The notes under the pieces are model-generated. The model saw only the letters and a program-made list of their open reading frames with translations, was not told where the DNA came from and did not search any database. A stretch of DNA of 64,000 nucleotides from the human T2T-CHM13v2.0 reference genome, Homo sapiens: assembly GCF_009914755.1 (NCBI RefSeq), contig NC_060931.1; one strand, written 5' to 3'. Shown piece after piece: positions 46,980 through 60,489 of this stretch (position 1 is the first letter of the stretch; the number at the start of each line of letters is the position of its first letter). A program made the position numbers and the translations under genes.

Positions 46980-48104
46980 TTATAATGTTTAATTCACACT
47001 TCTGGGCTTGAGCAAATATACGTGAACAGTAAATCTGAGTCAATGCAAATAGGCTATCTGGGAGGAACACAGTTAGCACAAATGACCCCATCCATAGCTG
47101 TGATTCAGAAAGTAGGATGTCAAGGAAAGGAGACAGGTGCAGGTGACTACTGAAGTGTTTTGGTGTGGAGGGACAGGGAGGGAGTGTGCCGTGGCACAGA
47201 AGCAGAGCAGGACAGCCTCTCTGAGAGTGTGCTGCAGATATCTGGGGTGGAGGGTGAGGGGTGGTGCATGGCAGGAGCTGGGTGAGGACGTCACCTCTTA
47301 CCTCTGAGGTACGACAGCAGGAAGAGGATCAGCGCCAACACAGTGGCAAACTTACCTTGGTCCTGATTCTGCATGCAAGAGATCTTTTCGCCAGGCCATT
47401 GAGTAGACTGGACAGCCTTTAAAGAATCCAGGCCATCGTTAAAAACACAGAAATATTAGTAACTTCAATGCCCAGGGCTGAAAAAAAACAGCCCAGCTTA
47501 TTCCATTATGCTGACCTACTGCTACACATACGAGATGATTCTAGAAACAAAAACACAAACCTTTAGCTTCTTGGCTTTAAGATGAGTCATAAGTGATCCC
47601 ATGTGGGCAACTAAGCTACTCACTGACAAAACTTAATTATGTTATGTATTTTGGAAAATGGTATGATTCAGCCACAGGGACTCAATACCCCTCAGAAGCG
47701 ATCAGCATTTTAGCAGTCTTTTAGATCTAATTTTCAAATGGAAAGTAATCGTGAGGGGACACATATTATTTAACACTCATCACCATATATAAGTGTGCTT
47801 GCTGCTGTTTCTGGATTGAATAAGCCAAGAGCTCATCTGGGCATTCTGTGGGACATGAAAATTCACTTGTGGTTTTTCTTTCAAGAATTGCAGCAGGATT
47901 GTAGGAAGTTAAAATTGATTTGTAATCATTTGAGAGATGATGATCTGGAAAGGAAAATAATCTGTAGGTCAACAGTGATAAATTTAAGCAATTTCATAGC
48001 AATTTTCAAGTTCTTGGGACATGCCTTGCTTATTTCCAATTTCAAGTGTTCGTTGTGGCTTAAAAGCCCTGCCTCCCTTCTCTATTTTCCAAGTCTAGGC
48101 TGAC

Positions 48105-48600
48105 CATGGTCTGAGCCACCAGCCAAAAGCCACCAGGATTGTATCTGAATTGAATGAGTTGGAATTGACCTTTTGTTAAATGAGCTGAATCTCCCGAAAA
48201 GAAGAAGCCCATGATGGAGAACTGTGGAGTACCAGCATCTCTGTTGGAGAGTGTTAGAAAGGACTTACTACAGGAGCCTGGGCCTCGTGTGAGGTGAGCC
48301 GGGGGATGGTCCCAGGAAGTGGAGCTTTGCTGTGGACTGGTTATTATCAGGAAGCAGGGCTAATTCTCTAGTTGGGTAGCTCCATAGATCACACTGAGAA
48401 GACAGGAAGACTAGACTGAGGCCAATCATTCTAACTGATGAAGTGACAGGAACTCCCATCAGCTAGGATGGTGGTATGTTTGCTCACAATGATGCTCTGT
48501 GTCCAGACATAATTACAGAGGGTCTTGTTTTTGCCTTGATCCATCACGATCACAGAGCAGCCTTGTCTAGTGTTGATGTTGTGTACATTGTTGATTTCAG
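48105..48600 (-). mobile_element. ERVL-class LTR (MER77/MER68-like)
   Basis: Minus strand reads gacaaggctgctctgtgatcgtgatggatcaaggcaaaaacaagacc...agtaagtcctttctaacactctc...cctggtggcttttggctgg. Confidence 0.6.
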
Positions 48601-48710
48601 CAGCAGGATACAAGGCTGTCTTCTGGAGGTCAGGAGCTGCTTTTCTGTTTCTCACCATTGAACTTACATTATCCAAATTGGGACACTTCAAGAGTGAATG
48701 GGGGTGCCAT

Positions 48711-49422
48711 TGATAGTGGCAGAGGCAGACAAATGCCTAGGCAGATGGGGCAGGTGCCCAGTGAAACTCCACCTCCAAGCCGAAGACAGCTTAAAGCCTG
48801 AAAGCCAAGCTACAAGTCAAATCCATGGACTGGACTGAGAACCTGTCCTACCATGTGGCGTGCTTTCCTCTGATTGATCCTCACCCTTCACCTATTTTAC
48901 ATATACCTACCCTTTCTTAATGGGTTTTCTACACTGCTGTGCCCACCTTTGAGTGGTGCCTTTGCTTCAGCCTTTCTTTGCATACGCACAAACCAATCAT
49001 CATGCACTCTCCTATTCTGAGCCTATAAAATCTCAGCCACACCAGGAGAGTAAACAACGGACTGTGGTGGTGGGGGACCACCCCACGTCCCCTCTCTGCT
49101 GAGAGCTGTTCCATCGCTGAATAAAATTCTTCTCTGCCCTCCTCACCCTTCAATTGTCAGCATATCCTCATTCTTCTTGGACGTGGAATAAGAGCTTGGA
49201 AACCACTGAATGTGGGTACAAGATACAACACAGGTGGACTGGGGCTCCACACCTGGCCCAGCTGTGGGCTGAGCTGGTGCACAAGCCAGACTTGACTGAG
49301 TGCCTCCTGCAACAGGTAGGGTCCCTTCTGCAGCAGGTAGAGTGCCTGAGTTAGGCCTCAGTCAGGGCATCACCAGCCAGAGGTCCCCAGCTGGCAAAGT
49401 GACTGAGAAAAATCCTGCATCA
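48711..49422 (+). mobile_element. MER50B-like (ERV1) solo LTR
   Basis: tgatagtggcagaggcagacaaatgcctaggc start; cctataaaa; aataaaattcttc; aaaaatcctgcatca end; 4-bp TSD ccat/ctgt. Confidence 0.85.
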
Positions 49423-50019
49423 CTGTTAATCATTTTGCAGGATTGACAGGTGTAAACTGTGACTGCTGTCAAGAAACGGGCTGGGGCAATGTTCACACTG
49501 AAATCTTGCCCTTCCAATTCAGCTGCCCCTTCCAAAGGTCCCCTTTGCACTGTTTTTATCATATTAATTAGTATCATTGGAGCTCCCAGTACAATGTTTC
49601 TCTTTCATACTACATTTTGTGCTTCATCAGGTAGGATCTTGTCAGGAAACAGAATTGTACCCAGAGGTTGTAGCTGCAGAAACCCAACAAAGGCATTGAT
49701 TACTGAGGACTGTGCTTTAAGGTTTAGGGATGCAGCAGGGAGAGCTGAAGCTAGCCACACACTGCAGAAGGCTTTGCTGCTGGGCAAGAAGGAAATGGTG
49801 GTGGGGCTGCAGCCCTGAAGGGGCCTCTGGCAGGAGCTGTGGTTAGGAGGGCAGCAGTCTCTCTGCCTGGGGCAGGGGGAAGCTGGGAGGGAGCAGTCAA
49901 CCAGACCCAGCTAGCAAGGGAGGTGGGCAGGACAGGATGGCGAGGAAGGGGTAGGGGAGTAGTCCGCAGCTCAGCACGGGAGACTGTGCACTTACGAGTA
50001 CACCACTTCTGCATTGTTC

Positions 50020-50160
50020 TAACAACCTTTAGAGGGAGGCCTAGTAGGTCGAGTGTGCTCATTTTACAGAGAAGGAGAGTGGGCCCAGGGTCAGATGTGT
50101 CCATGGTGATGTGGCTGGACAGCCACAGGGACTGGCAATATAGCTCCTGACTTCCAGTTC
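50020..50160 (-). mobile_element. MIR fragment
   Basis: ctcattttacagagaagg core. Confidence 0.5.
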
Positions 50161-50669
50161 AGTTGATAGCAAAACAGGGGGCAGGGAGTGTGGAAAAGAC
50201 CTCACAACTGCCAGGGTGTGAGTGGAGCAGGAGACCTGGTCAGAGAGGAAGGAGGTGATTTGTGTGGTATGTTCTCACTCAGCTATATGCAGCTGCAATG
50301 AAGGGAAGGTTTTCTGAGAGTCATAGTGGCATTCGGGAGAATCCAAATGGTTTTGACAAGCAGCAGAGCAGGACGCAGTCACTGTTACCAGCACCTGATG
50401 GTTTTCTCCCTTGCTTGCTTTCTTTCCACTCTATTAATTTGTTTGGATGTTGAAGACCAAGGGCCTATAATTCTGTAACATTTGTTGAAATCTCATAGAG
50501 CTGTCTGAGTGAAATCAAATGAAGATGGATAAAGGGAATGGGGGTGGGATTGACTTGATCTACTGTGAGGAGTGAGGGAAATTTGGATTGGGTCAGATGG
50601 GAGAACACAGAACTCCAGAGGAAGAATGGAAGACTCTGGAGTCAGAAGGATGTGCCTTGCACCCATGCT

Positions 50670-50758
50670 TGTGTGTGCATGTGTGCACATTATGTGTGAG
50701 TGTGCATGTGTGCCCCTGCATGTGTACCGTGCGTATGTGTGAGTATGTGTGCATGTGT
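50670..50758. repeat. Degenerate (TG)/(TGCA)-rich simple repeat
   Basis: Directly visible. Confidence 0.85.
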
Positions 50759-50908
50759 TTGGCAGGCTGGGAAAACCAGGTGTAGGTAGCTCTCAGGACT
50801 AGTAGATGACCAGCCTGAGAAGTGATCATATTGAGGACACAGCATGTGAGGTGAGTTGGTGTCAGATCCTGAATGACAAGAAAAGTGATTTGGATATGGT
50901 CAAACAGT

Positions 50909-51021
50909 AGGGCAACATGTGTCCAGATTTGTCCTGGACAGGTTTTGTTCTGCGGTAATTAGTATCACCAGCATGCCCTTTGGCCTGCAGAAGTATCTCC
51001 AACAAATTATTTGGTCATCCT
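50909..51021. mobile_element. MER94-like hAT MITE
   Basis: Termini agggcaacat.../...aaattatttggtcatcct. Confidence 0.6.
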
Positions 51022-51265
51022 TTCTGATAGGAAGTGGGAAACCATTGTAGGCTCAAATGTTCCAAGCTGGACTACGGATTCTAGTTAATTATCCTTGTCT
51101 TCTGTTCCTGGTCCTATCCACAAGTGCAAGGCTGGACATGACTCTTCACTCTGTCTTTGACTCTGAGTTCAATTCTTGATTTTGACAGAAGGTGTTTTTT
51201 GTATCTCTTTCCCAGACCTTCTGCTGAGGATATATGGCTCTGAGTTTGCAGAAGATCAAAACTTT

Positions 51266-51719
<454 letters not shown>

Positions 51720-52675
51720 ATCAAAACTTTTCTCTGGCCCAGTTTTCAGGGCATGGGTGTTTCCTGTGATTTAATTGTTCATTATCTTTACTTGTGGCAA
51801 AAGAGCACGCGCGTCTCCTCCTTCAGAGCACGTACAATAAGCGACCTTAGCAGAAGGAGAGAACTAGCAGGAGAACAAGGGAGGGAGTTAAGGTCGTTTT
51901 CCAGCAATTGTGTATTCAGGAAGTGTGAGGGCACATTGTTGTTTTACATTCATATGCAAATAGCTCTGTGTCTTGACTGGCTTCAAGGAAAGCTTTGAAA
52001 ACATCAAAACAGAACTCTGTCTGAAAATGTTCTTACAGCACTGTCTCCAAAACATTCATGCCTTAAGTGATGAATACCTAAACATCTCTCAGTCAGAATG
52101 GCTTTCTTTCCTCTCTTCCCTGATATGCATAACAATGACTAAGTGTGGACTTCTGATTTCTTTTTCACACAATGGTAGCCCATGCAGTGACCCTCATACT
52201 TCTACAAACTTAGGACACTCTTGGAGTAGGTACTTTGGTGACTGGCTTACAATACTGCACGTCGCAATCTGAGGGCATTGAATGAAGCCTCTATGATCAT
52301 GAGGATGTTAGAAGGCCAGCCATCCAGGATCCTGGAGACTTGAGATGGAATCAAAGAGGCATAAAAGGTGATTAAAGCGAGAAAACCTGAGAGGCACATC
52401 TACCGTACAGCTACTCTCAGAGTTTTTCCATACAATGTGCTATAAGAAAAAAATGACTAACATGTGCATTGAAACTTTGTTCAAAATACAAAATTCAAGC
52501 TGGCATTCTATGTTTGCCAAATTCTGACCCATGTGTCTTTCCAGCTTTATCCTCTGCTATTCCTCTATGCAAATATGATGGTGTATCTAAACTAACCTTG
52601 TGTCTCCTGCATATGTACACTTGCTTCTAGAAAATGTATGCACACTGCTTCATCTGCAGTGCCCTCTTTCACCTC

Positions 52676-52969
52676 TTTTTTTGTTTTTTTGAGACGGAGT
52701 CTTGCTCTGTTGCCAGACTGGAGTGCAGTGATGCGATCTCGGCTCACTACAACCTCCGCCTCCTGGGTTAAAGTGATTCTCCTGCCTCAGCCTCCTGAGT
52801 AGCTGGGATGACAAGCGTGTGCCACCACACCTGGCTAATTTTTTGTATTTTAGTAGAGATGGGGTTTCATCATATTTGCCAGGATGGTCTTGATCTCCTG
52901 ACCTCATGATCTGCCTGCCTTGGCCTCCCAAAGTGCTGGGATCACAGGCATGAGCCACTGTACCCAGCC
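52676..52969 (-). mobile_element. Alu (AluSc-like)
   Basis: tgttgccagactgg and ccaggatggtcttgatctcctgacctcatgatc. Confidence 0.95.
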
Positions 52970-53120
52970 ACTTCTTTTCATATCTAGGTTGCACCTCCTT
53001 TTCTCTATGAGCCATTGTGTCTGCTCCAGTCTGGAGTGATTTGCTATACCTCTGAGCACCCACCTACTTGCACTGGTGTTGGTTATTTAGTAATTGCTAG
53101 TAGCAAGAGCATAACCCTGT

Positions 53121-53541
53121 TGTCCTAGTCCATTTTCTGTTGTTATTACTGAGTATCTGAGACTGGGTAATTTATATAGAAAATATATTTACATTACTTC
53201 CTACATTGCTGGAGGCTGGGAAGTTTAAGGTTGAGGGGCTGCATCTGGTGAGGGCCGTCTTGCTGGTGGAGTCCCAAGGCGGGACAGGGCATCACATGGT
53301 TAGCGTGCTCATGAGAGACAGCCAAACTAGATTTTATAGTAGACTAGCTCTTATGATAAGTAACCCCCACCATGATAACTCATTAATCCATTAATCCATT
53401 AATCCATGAATGAATTAATCCATTCATGGCAGAGACCTCTTGACTCAGTTATTTCCTAAAAGTCCCACCTCTCAACACTACTGCATTGGAGATAAAGTTT
53501 CCAACAGATGAACTTATGGGGGACACATTCAGACCATAGCA
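53121..53541 (-). mobile_element. MST (MSTC/D-like) solo LTR
   Basis: tgtcctagtccatttt...cattaatccattaatcc...ggacacattcagaccatagca; TSD cctgt/cctgc. Confidence 0.85.
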
Positions 53542-55223
53542 CCTGCATTCAGAGTTGAGTCTTCCTTCATACTCATCTTCCATGTAGCAGTTGGATAGTC
53601 TTGGGTGAAAACTTCATATGTTTGAACCTAGTTTTTTCATGTGTAAATTGTTGGGGAAGGAGCAAGGAATGTGGTTTATGGCCAAGTTTACCGGCTGCCT
53701 AGTAGGTTGGGTCCCCAAGGCACACAGGTCAGAGAAATTGCTCAGAATCCCAGTTTGGTTGAGGTGTTCCCTTTGGATTGACGCATTCTTCTTGTCCTCC
53801 TTGCTCCACCCCAAGTCCATGTCTCCAGTGTTTCACTGGCCAACGTTCATCAACATGACCTATCAGGGAGCCTGGATTCCTTTGCTCTTTTAGAAACCAA
53901 GATGCCAGTAGCTTGCGCCTGTATGAGTTTTTCATTGCTTTCTCTGTCTCCAGGGTTTTTTCCTACAAGATTTATTTCTGAGTTAAGGAGTGTTTTACAG
54001 CTATATTTCTGGAAACCAAACAGAAAAATAAACCACTCAAACATCTGTACTTGGTCCTGTTGACTGTCTAGAAAACTCCTATTAGCCTTTCTTAATGAGT
54101 TGTATATGCTTTATTTGAGAGATTTTTCTGCCCATTGTCCTGGCCTGGCCCATTCTGCTGCTGAGGGATTGCAACTGAATATTGTGCTAGTTTAGGGGAG
54201 TTTGTGACATCATTGATTTTAAGGGGTGAAGCCCTACAGTTTTCCAGAGACTTACTTGAGGGGGGGCATTGCAAAATTATAGGCAGTGAATGCTGTTCCT
54301 ACAGTAGGCTATAAGGAGTAATTGTACTATCATGTCCTTTAATTTCTGTCTTTCAGAGTAGAATAGACCATTCTGGGAGGTCAAGGGGAGTTCTTCCAAA
54401 AAATCAAGGCATACCCCATATTTGATAGAACTCAATATCCAGCACCTAAAAACTGATCACAGTCACTTTTTACTTTATACACCTTCACATTTTTAAAATT
54501 TGGTAAAGATACATTACTTTCTCTAATAAAGTAAGTGACAAAGGAAAACCCCTAGTTTCCAGGGAAAATCACTGTAAACAGGTTTCATGTGCTTTGAAAA
54601 AGCATGAGTGAAAAGATAGATACCAAAATCAAGATGATTATTTTCTATATATATATGTATTATGCAATTTGTTTTTTCCTGGCAATTTGCTGTAACAGTA
54701 TATCATAAAAATGTACCTGATACATTTGCTGGATCTTCTTAGATTTCCTTGTTTGCTTCCTGAATCCACAAATGCTTACCACACTTCACTGCCCACAATT
54801 GCTTGGACCCACATGGTTCTGCTGTGTGGGCTGACCAGTTACCCTCCCCATGGGAGCTGCCAGGGAGCTGGGCCAAATTCTGCATGCCCAGAATTTCTGG
54901 CTCTTCCTGTCATTTCTAGTATCTTGAATGTATGCAGAAGGGATCAGATAATGAACAAGTGTACGCAGGGGTATTAACTCCCCAGTAGATCAGATCCCAC
55001 CAATTGGAAACAGAGGATGGAAGGAAACAAAGAGGACAGACTTCTCCTTCCTCCTTTCCTGCTCTAAGACGTGGTATCTGTGGCCTGCTTGTCCCAGCAG
55101 CATGACCTGCGGCTGGGCGAACCGTCATGGCAAGTGACCTGCTGTGTCATCCCATCACTCGTTATAAAACAATGCCCAGTGAAGTAATGTCTCACCTGGC
55201 ATAGTTTCCCATCCTCTGTTACC

Positions 55224-55769
55224 TGTAGAGGGTCCAAGGTATTTGGGGGCCTAACATAAAATAAAGTGTGATCACAAGGTGACACATGCAACTTTATTTA
55301 AGTGATGCTTTCATGGGTTCACATGAAAAGGAAGGAAGTCCTCTATAGCAGGAGACCTTCCAGAGCTACAGGATGCAGCCACTACTCAGAAGGAAAGGCT
55401 GGAAGGGAATCCCAGGGGGTGAGGGGACTAGAGGGGGGTTCAGATGAGTGGGTGAAGTTGCTCAGCAGCCTGGTGGGGAGTCTGGGTCAGAGAACTCCAA
55501 AGGGCAGCAGTAGTTGGCATCTTTATAGCCCTGAGTTTATCTTATATATGGTTAGCACATGTTGGGCACAGTTTTGTGGGCATACAATGGAGGTAGGCTC
55601 TAAATGGCTAAAAATATGCATATTTGATCTGTGTCTAAAACAGTTAATATGGAACATTTTGAGTTTGGTGCTAGGAGGATTTTGAACAAATAGGTCTCAG
55701 CCTTCTGTGAAGAAGTAAACAACCTAGAGGCCAATTTGCAGGGGCAGTCCTTGGCTCATTTATACAACA
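55224..55769 (-). mobile_element. ERVL-class solo LTR (MER74/LTR53-like; family uncertain)
   Basis: TG...CA termini; reverse AATAAA at ~55293; reverse TATA ctttatagccc at ~55521. Confidence 0.6.
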
Positions 55770-55879
55770 CTATTTCACAGCTTCTTTCCCTCACTCTTGC
55801 TGCCCTTGGTTCATTTATACAACACCATCTCACGTCTCCTTTCCCATCCAGGCTAAAGTGACATCAATGAAAATCAATA

Positions 55880-56365
55880 CAATTGAGCCTTGAACAACAT
55901 GAGTTTGAACTGTGTAGCTTCACTGATACATAGATTTTTTTTTTTTATAAAAGTTGCACCAATTGTGCCTGCCTCTCCTTCCACCTCCACCTCTTCTGCC
56001 TCTGCCACCTGTGAGACAGCATGACCAACTCCTCCTTTTCTTTCTCCTCCTCCACAGCCTACTCAGTGTGAAGAGGGCAAGGATGAAGACCATGATAATT
56101 CACTTCTAATTAAGGAATAGTAAATATATTTTCTCTTCCTCATGATTTTTTAGTAACATTTCTTTACTCCAGCTTACTTTATTGTAAAAATATAGTACAT
56201 AATACATAGAAGATACAAAATATGTGTTAACTGTTTGTTATTAGTAAGGCTTCTGGTCAACAGTAGGCTATTAGTTGAGTTTTGGAAGAGTCAAAAGTTA
56301 TACTTGGATTATGGACTGCATACAAGTTGGGGCCCTTAACCCCTGCATTGTTTAGGGATCACCTG
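55880..56365 (+). mobile_element. Tigger2a/b-like TcMar MITE
   Basis: ta|caattgagccttgaacaaca ... tgtttagggatcacctg|ta: terminal inverted repeats with TA TSD. Confidence 0.85.
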
Positions 56366-56417
56366 TACATGTAAAGTTAGCCTATTTTTTTGAAATGGCA
56401 ATTGTGTATTGTACTTG

Positions 56418-58740
56418 TGAATTAGTCTGTTCTCACATTGCCAATAAAGATGTACCCGAGACTGAGTAACTTATAAAGGAAAGAGGTTTAATGGACTCAC
56501 AGTTCCACATGGCTAGGGAGGCCTCACAATCATGGCAGAAGGTGAATGAGAAGCAAAGTCACATCTTACTTAGCAGCAGGCAAGAGAGAGTGTGTGCAAG
56601 GGAACTTCCCTTTATAAAACCATCGTATCTCATGAGACTTATTCACTATCATAAGAACAGCACAGGAATGACCCACTTCCATGATTCAATTACCTCCCAC
56701 TGGGTCCCTCCCACCACACATGGGAATTATGGGAGCTAGCATTCAAGATAAGATTTGGGTGGGGAGACAGCCAAACCATATCATCCCACCTCTGGCCCCT
56801 CCCAAATGCCATGTCTTCTCATTTTAAAATCAATCATGCCTTCTCAACAGTCCCCCAAAGTCTTAACTTATTTCAGCATTAACTCAAAAGTCCACAGTCC
56901 AAAGTCTTATCTGAGACAAGGCAAGTCCCTTCTGCCTATGACCCTGTAAAATCAAAAGCAAGTTAGTTAATTCCTAGATACAATGGGGGTACAGGCATTG
57001 GGTAAATACACCTGTTCCAAATGGGAGAAATTGGCCAAAATGAGAGGACTACAGGCCCCATGCAAATCCAAAATCCGGTGGGGCAGTCAGATCTTAAAGC
57101 TCAAAAATGATCTCCTTTTTTTTTCATGTGTCACATCCAAGTCATGCTGATGCAAGAGGTGGGTTTGCATGGTCTTTGGCAGCTCTACCCCTGTGGCTTT
57201 GCAGGGTACAGCCTCCCTCCTTGCTGCTTTCATGGGCTGGCGTTGAGTGTCTGTGGCTTTTCCAGGCACACAGTGTAAGCTGTTGGTGGATCTACCATTC
57301 TGGGGTCTAGAGGATGGTGGTCGTCTTCTCATGCCTGCACTAGGCAATGTCCCAGTGAGGATTCTGGCAGGGCCTCCAACCCCACATTTTCCTTCTGCAC
57401 TGCCCTAGCAGAGATTCTCCATGTGGGCCTACCACAGCTGCAAACTTATGCCTGGACATCCAGGTGTTGCCATACATCCTCTGAAATTTAGGAAGGGGTT
57501 CCCAAACCTCAATTCTTGACTTCTGTGCACCCACATGCTCAACACGATGTGGAAGCTGCTAAGGCTTGGGGCTCACGCCCTCTGAAGCCACAGCCTGAGC
57601 TGTACCTTGGGCCCTTTTATCCATGACCGGAGCAGCTGGAATGCAGGGCACCAAGTCCCTAGGCTGCACATAGCAGGGGGATCCTGGACCTGGCCCAAGA
57701 AGCCATTCTTTCCTCCTAGGCCTCCAGGCGTGTGATGGGAGGAGCTGCCTTGAAGCATGCCTCTGACATGCCCTGGGGACATTTTCCCCATTGTCTTGGT
57801 GATTAACATTGGGCTTCTTGTTACTTATGCAGATTACTGCAACTGGCTTGAATTTCTTCCCAGAAAATAGGTTTTTTTCTATCACATCGTCGGCTGCAGA
57901 TTTTCTAAACTTTTATGCTCTGCTTCCTCTTGAATGCTTTGCCACTTAGATATTTCTTCTTCCAGATACCCCAAAGCATCTCAGTCAAGTTCAAAGTTCC
58001 ACATACCTCTATGACAGGGGCAAAAAGCCACCAGTCTCTTTGCTAAAGCACAGCAGGAGTCACCTTTGCTCCAGTTCTCAACAAGTTCCTAATTTCCATC
58101 TGTGACTACCTCAGCCTGGAGTTCATTGTCCATATCACTATCAGCATTTTGGTCAAAGCTATTCAATGAGTCTCTAGGGAGTTCCAAACTTTCCCATATC
58201 TTTCTGTCTTCTGAGCCCTCCAAGTCTCTAGGAAGTTCCAAACATTCCCACATTTTCCTGTTTTCTTCAGAGCCCTCCAAATTGTTCCAACCTCTACCTG
58301 TTACCCAGTTCCAAAGTCACTTCCACATTTTTGGGTATCTTTTCAGCAGCACACCACTCTGCTGGTACCCATTTACTATATTAGTCTGTTCTCATGCTGC
58401 TAATAAAGACATACCTGAGATGGGGTAATTTATAAAGGAAAGAGGTTTAACTGACTCAAAGTTCCACATGGCTGGGGAGGCCTCAATATCATTGCTGAAG
58501 GCAAAGAAGGAGCAAAGGCACATCTTACATGGTGGCAGGCAAGAGAGAGTGTGCAGGGGAACTCCCCTTTATAAAACCATCAGATCTTGTGAGACTTATT
58601 CACAATCACAACAACAGCATGGAAAACACCTGCCTCCATGATTCAATTACCTTCCACTGGGTTCCTCCCACCACACATGGGAATTATGGGAGCTGCAACT
58701 CAAGATAAGATTTGGGTGGGGACATGGCCAAACTACATCA
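56418..58740 (-). mobile_element. Complete THE1C-like MaLR provirus: LTR 56418-56783, internal 56784-58376, LTR 58377-58740
   Basis: Two ~365-bp LTRs in the same orientation; THE1-int motifs ctgtaaaatcaaaagcaagttag and gctggtacccatttac; TSD acttg/atttg. Confidence 0.95.
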
Positions 58741-59719
58741 ATTTGCATGGATTTTCTCTAATTTCTGTGATGATTCTCTTGTTTATGAACTTTTACTTTG
58801 TTCTTTAACTTTTCTTATCAGAAAGCAGTACTTTGTTGACCATCTTTGTCTACATATCATTACATACCTCAGGAAGCTGAATTTTGGATTAAAAGTCTTT
58901 GATTTTTAGTTTCTGATATTACTGCCAATTCCCTTTAAAAACATTATTTCAGTTTATATTTCCACCAGTAATTATATCAAATCACTTCTCTCTTCATATT
59001 CTGGATGTTATCATTCAACTCCTTAACAACCTAATAGGTTAAAATTTGATAGCCTATATGTTTTTCTGATCTTTGATGAGGTTGGTTTTTTGGTATGCTA
59101 ATTATATGGAGCTCCCACTCCAGTTTCCAGAAAGATGCCCATTACTACATCTCTCAGATCTTTAGGAAAGTTCCCTGTGGGCCTGTCTCACATGTATTCA
59201 AACCAGCATCTTGGGATTTTCTGCTCCTTGTTTGGTCGTTTATCCCTAGGCTGCCTCTCCCACTGATGATCTTGCAGTTCATGCAGCTGTCCTCTGCTAG
59301 TGACTATAATTATTATTGTCTTCTGGTATCAGGGAGGGGCACCTTGCTACCTTGTGGCTCTGTTGTATCACTCGTAGGTTCTCCTTTAATTTCCTACAGC
59401 AAAGTTGAATCTTAGTTATAAATGTTAACAAAAATTAACTAAAGATTTGAAGATAATTGAATAAGTGTACCAAATAGAAACTAAAATAAAATTTTCATGC
59501 AAGGGCAGAGCTGAGCTTTGGTCCCTTTCTGGCCTGAAAATGAAAAGAAATCTTAACCTCCCACCAGGATACCTCAGTGAAATTTAGGGCCATAAAACCA
59601 TTGACATGGCAAGTTGATCCTTACTTTTTGTCTTTTTATGTCTTGTTACTGATGCATTGCTACTTAATAGGCAATTTAACATATTATCTCCCCTGCTTTA
59701 TGCATACACACGCAGATTT

Positions 59720-60395
59720 TTAAAATTATCATGGTAAGAACACTTCATAATACTGCAGAATGTGGTATTTTTGACTGTACAATGTTGTACAACAGATCTC
59801 TAGAACTTATGTATCTTGTGTAAGTGAGCCTTTTTGCCCATTGAACCCTGTTTCCCCTTCCCCCTAGTCCCTGGCACCACCATTGTATTCCCTGCTTCTC
59901 TAAGTTTGACTATTTTAGATACTTCATATAAGTGGAGTCATGAAGTATTTGTCCTACTTGTTACTGGTTTATTTCACTCAGCATAATACCTTCAAGTTTC
60001 ATCCATGTTGTTGCATAAGGCAGGACATTTTTTAAGGCTGAATTCTATTCCAGTGTATCTATATACAATATTTTCTGTATCCACTCATCCATTGATGGAC
60101 TTTTAAGTTGTTTCCATACGTTGGCTGCTGTGAATAAGCTGCAGTGAACATAGGAGGGCAAATATCTCTTTGAAATACTGATCTCTATTCTTTTGGATAA
60201 ACACCCAAGAGAAGGATTGCTGGATTATATAGTAGTTCTAATGTTAATTTTTTTGAGGAATCCTAATACTATTTTCTGTAGCAGCTGCATCATTCTACAT
60301 TCCCACCATCAGCATGCAGGGGGTTCGAATTTCTCCACATCTTCACCAACACTTGTCATTTATTTTATTTGTTTGAAAATGGTTTTTTTTTTTAA
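59720..60395 (-). mobile_element. L1 3' end (L1MA9/L1MB1-like)
   Basis: acaatgttgtacaacagatctctagaactta...tattttagatacttcatataagtgg. Confidence 0.82.
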
Positions 60396-60489
60396 CAGCA
60401 GGCCACTATTTCAACTTTCTTTCAGGTTTTGTTCTCTGATTTTCGCCATTTAAAAAAACCTTCCACAACAAAACAATTGGGGTGAGCTG

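Noticed and set aside
48431-48691. 86-aa minus-strand ORF that looked exon-like
   Set aside because: Most of it matches a MER77/MER68-like LTR.
58168-58280. Tandem ~55-bp duplication in THE1-int
   Set aside because: I recall this as a common feature of THE1C internal sequences, so it is probably not locus-specific.
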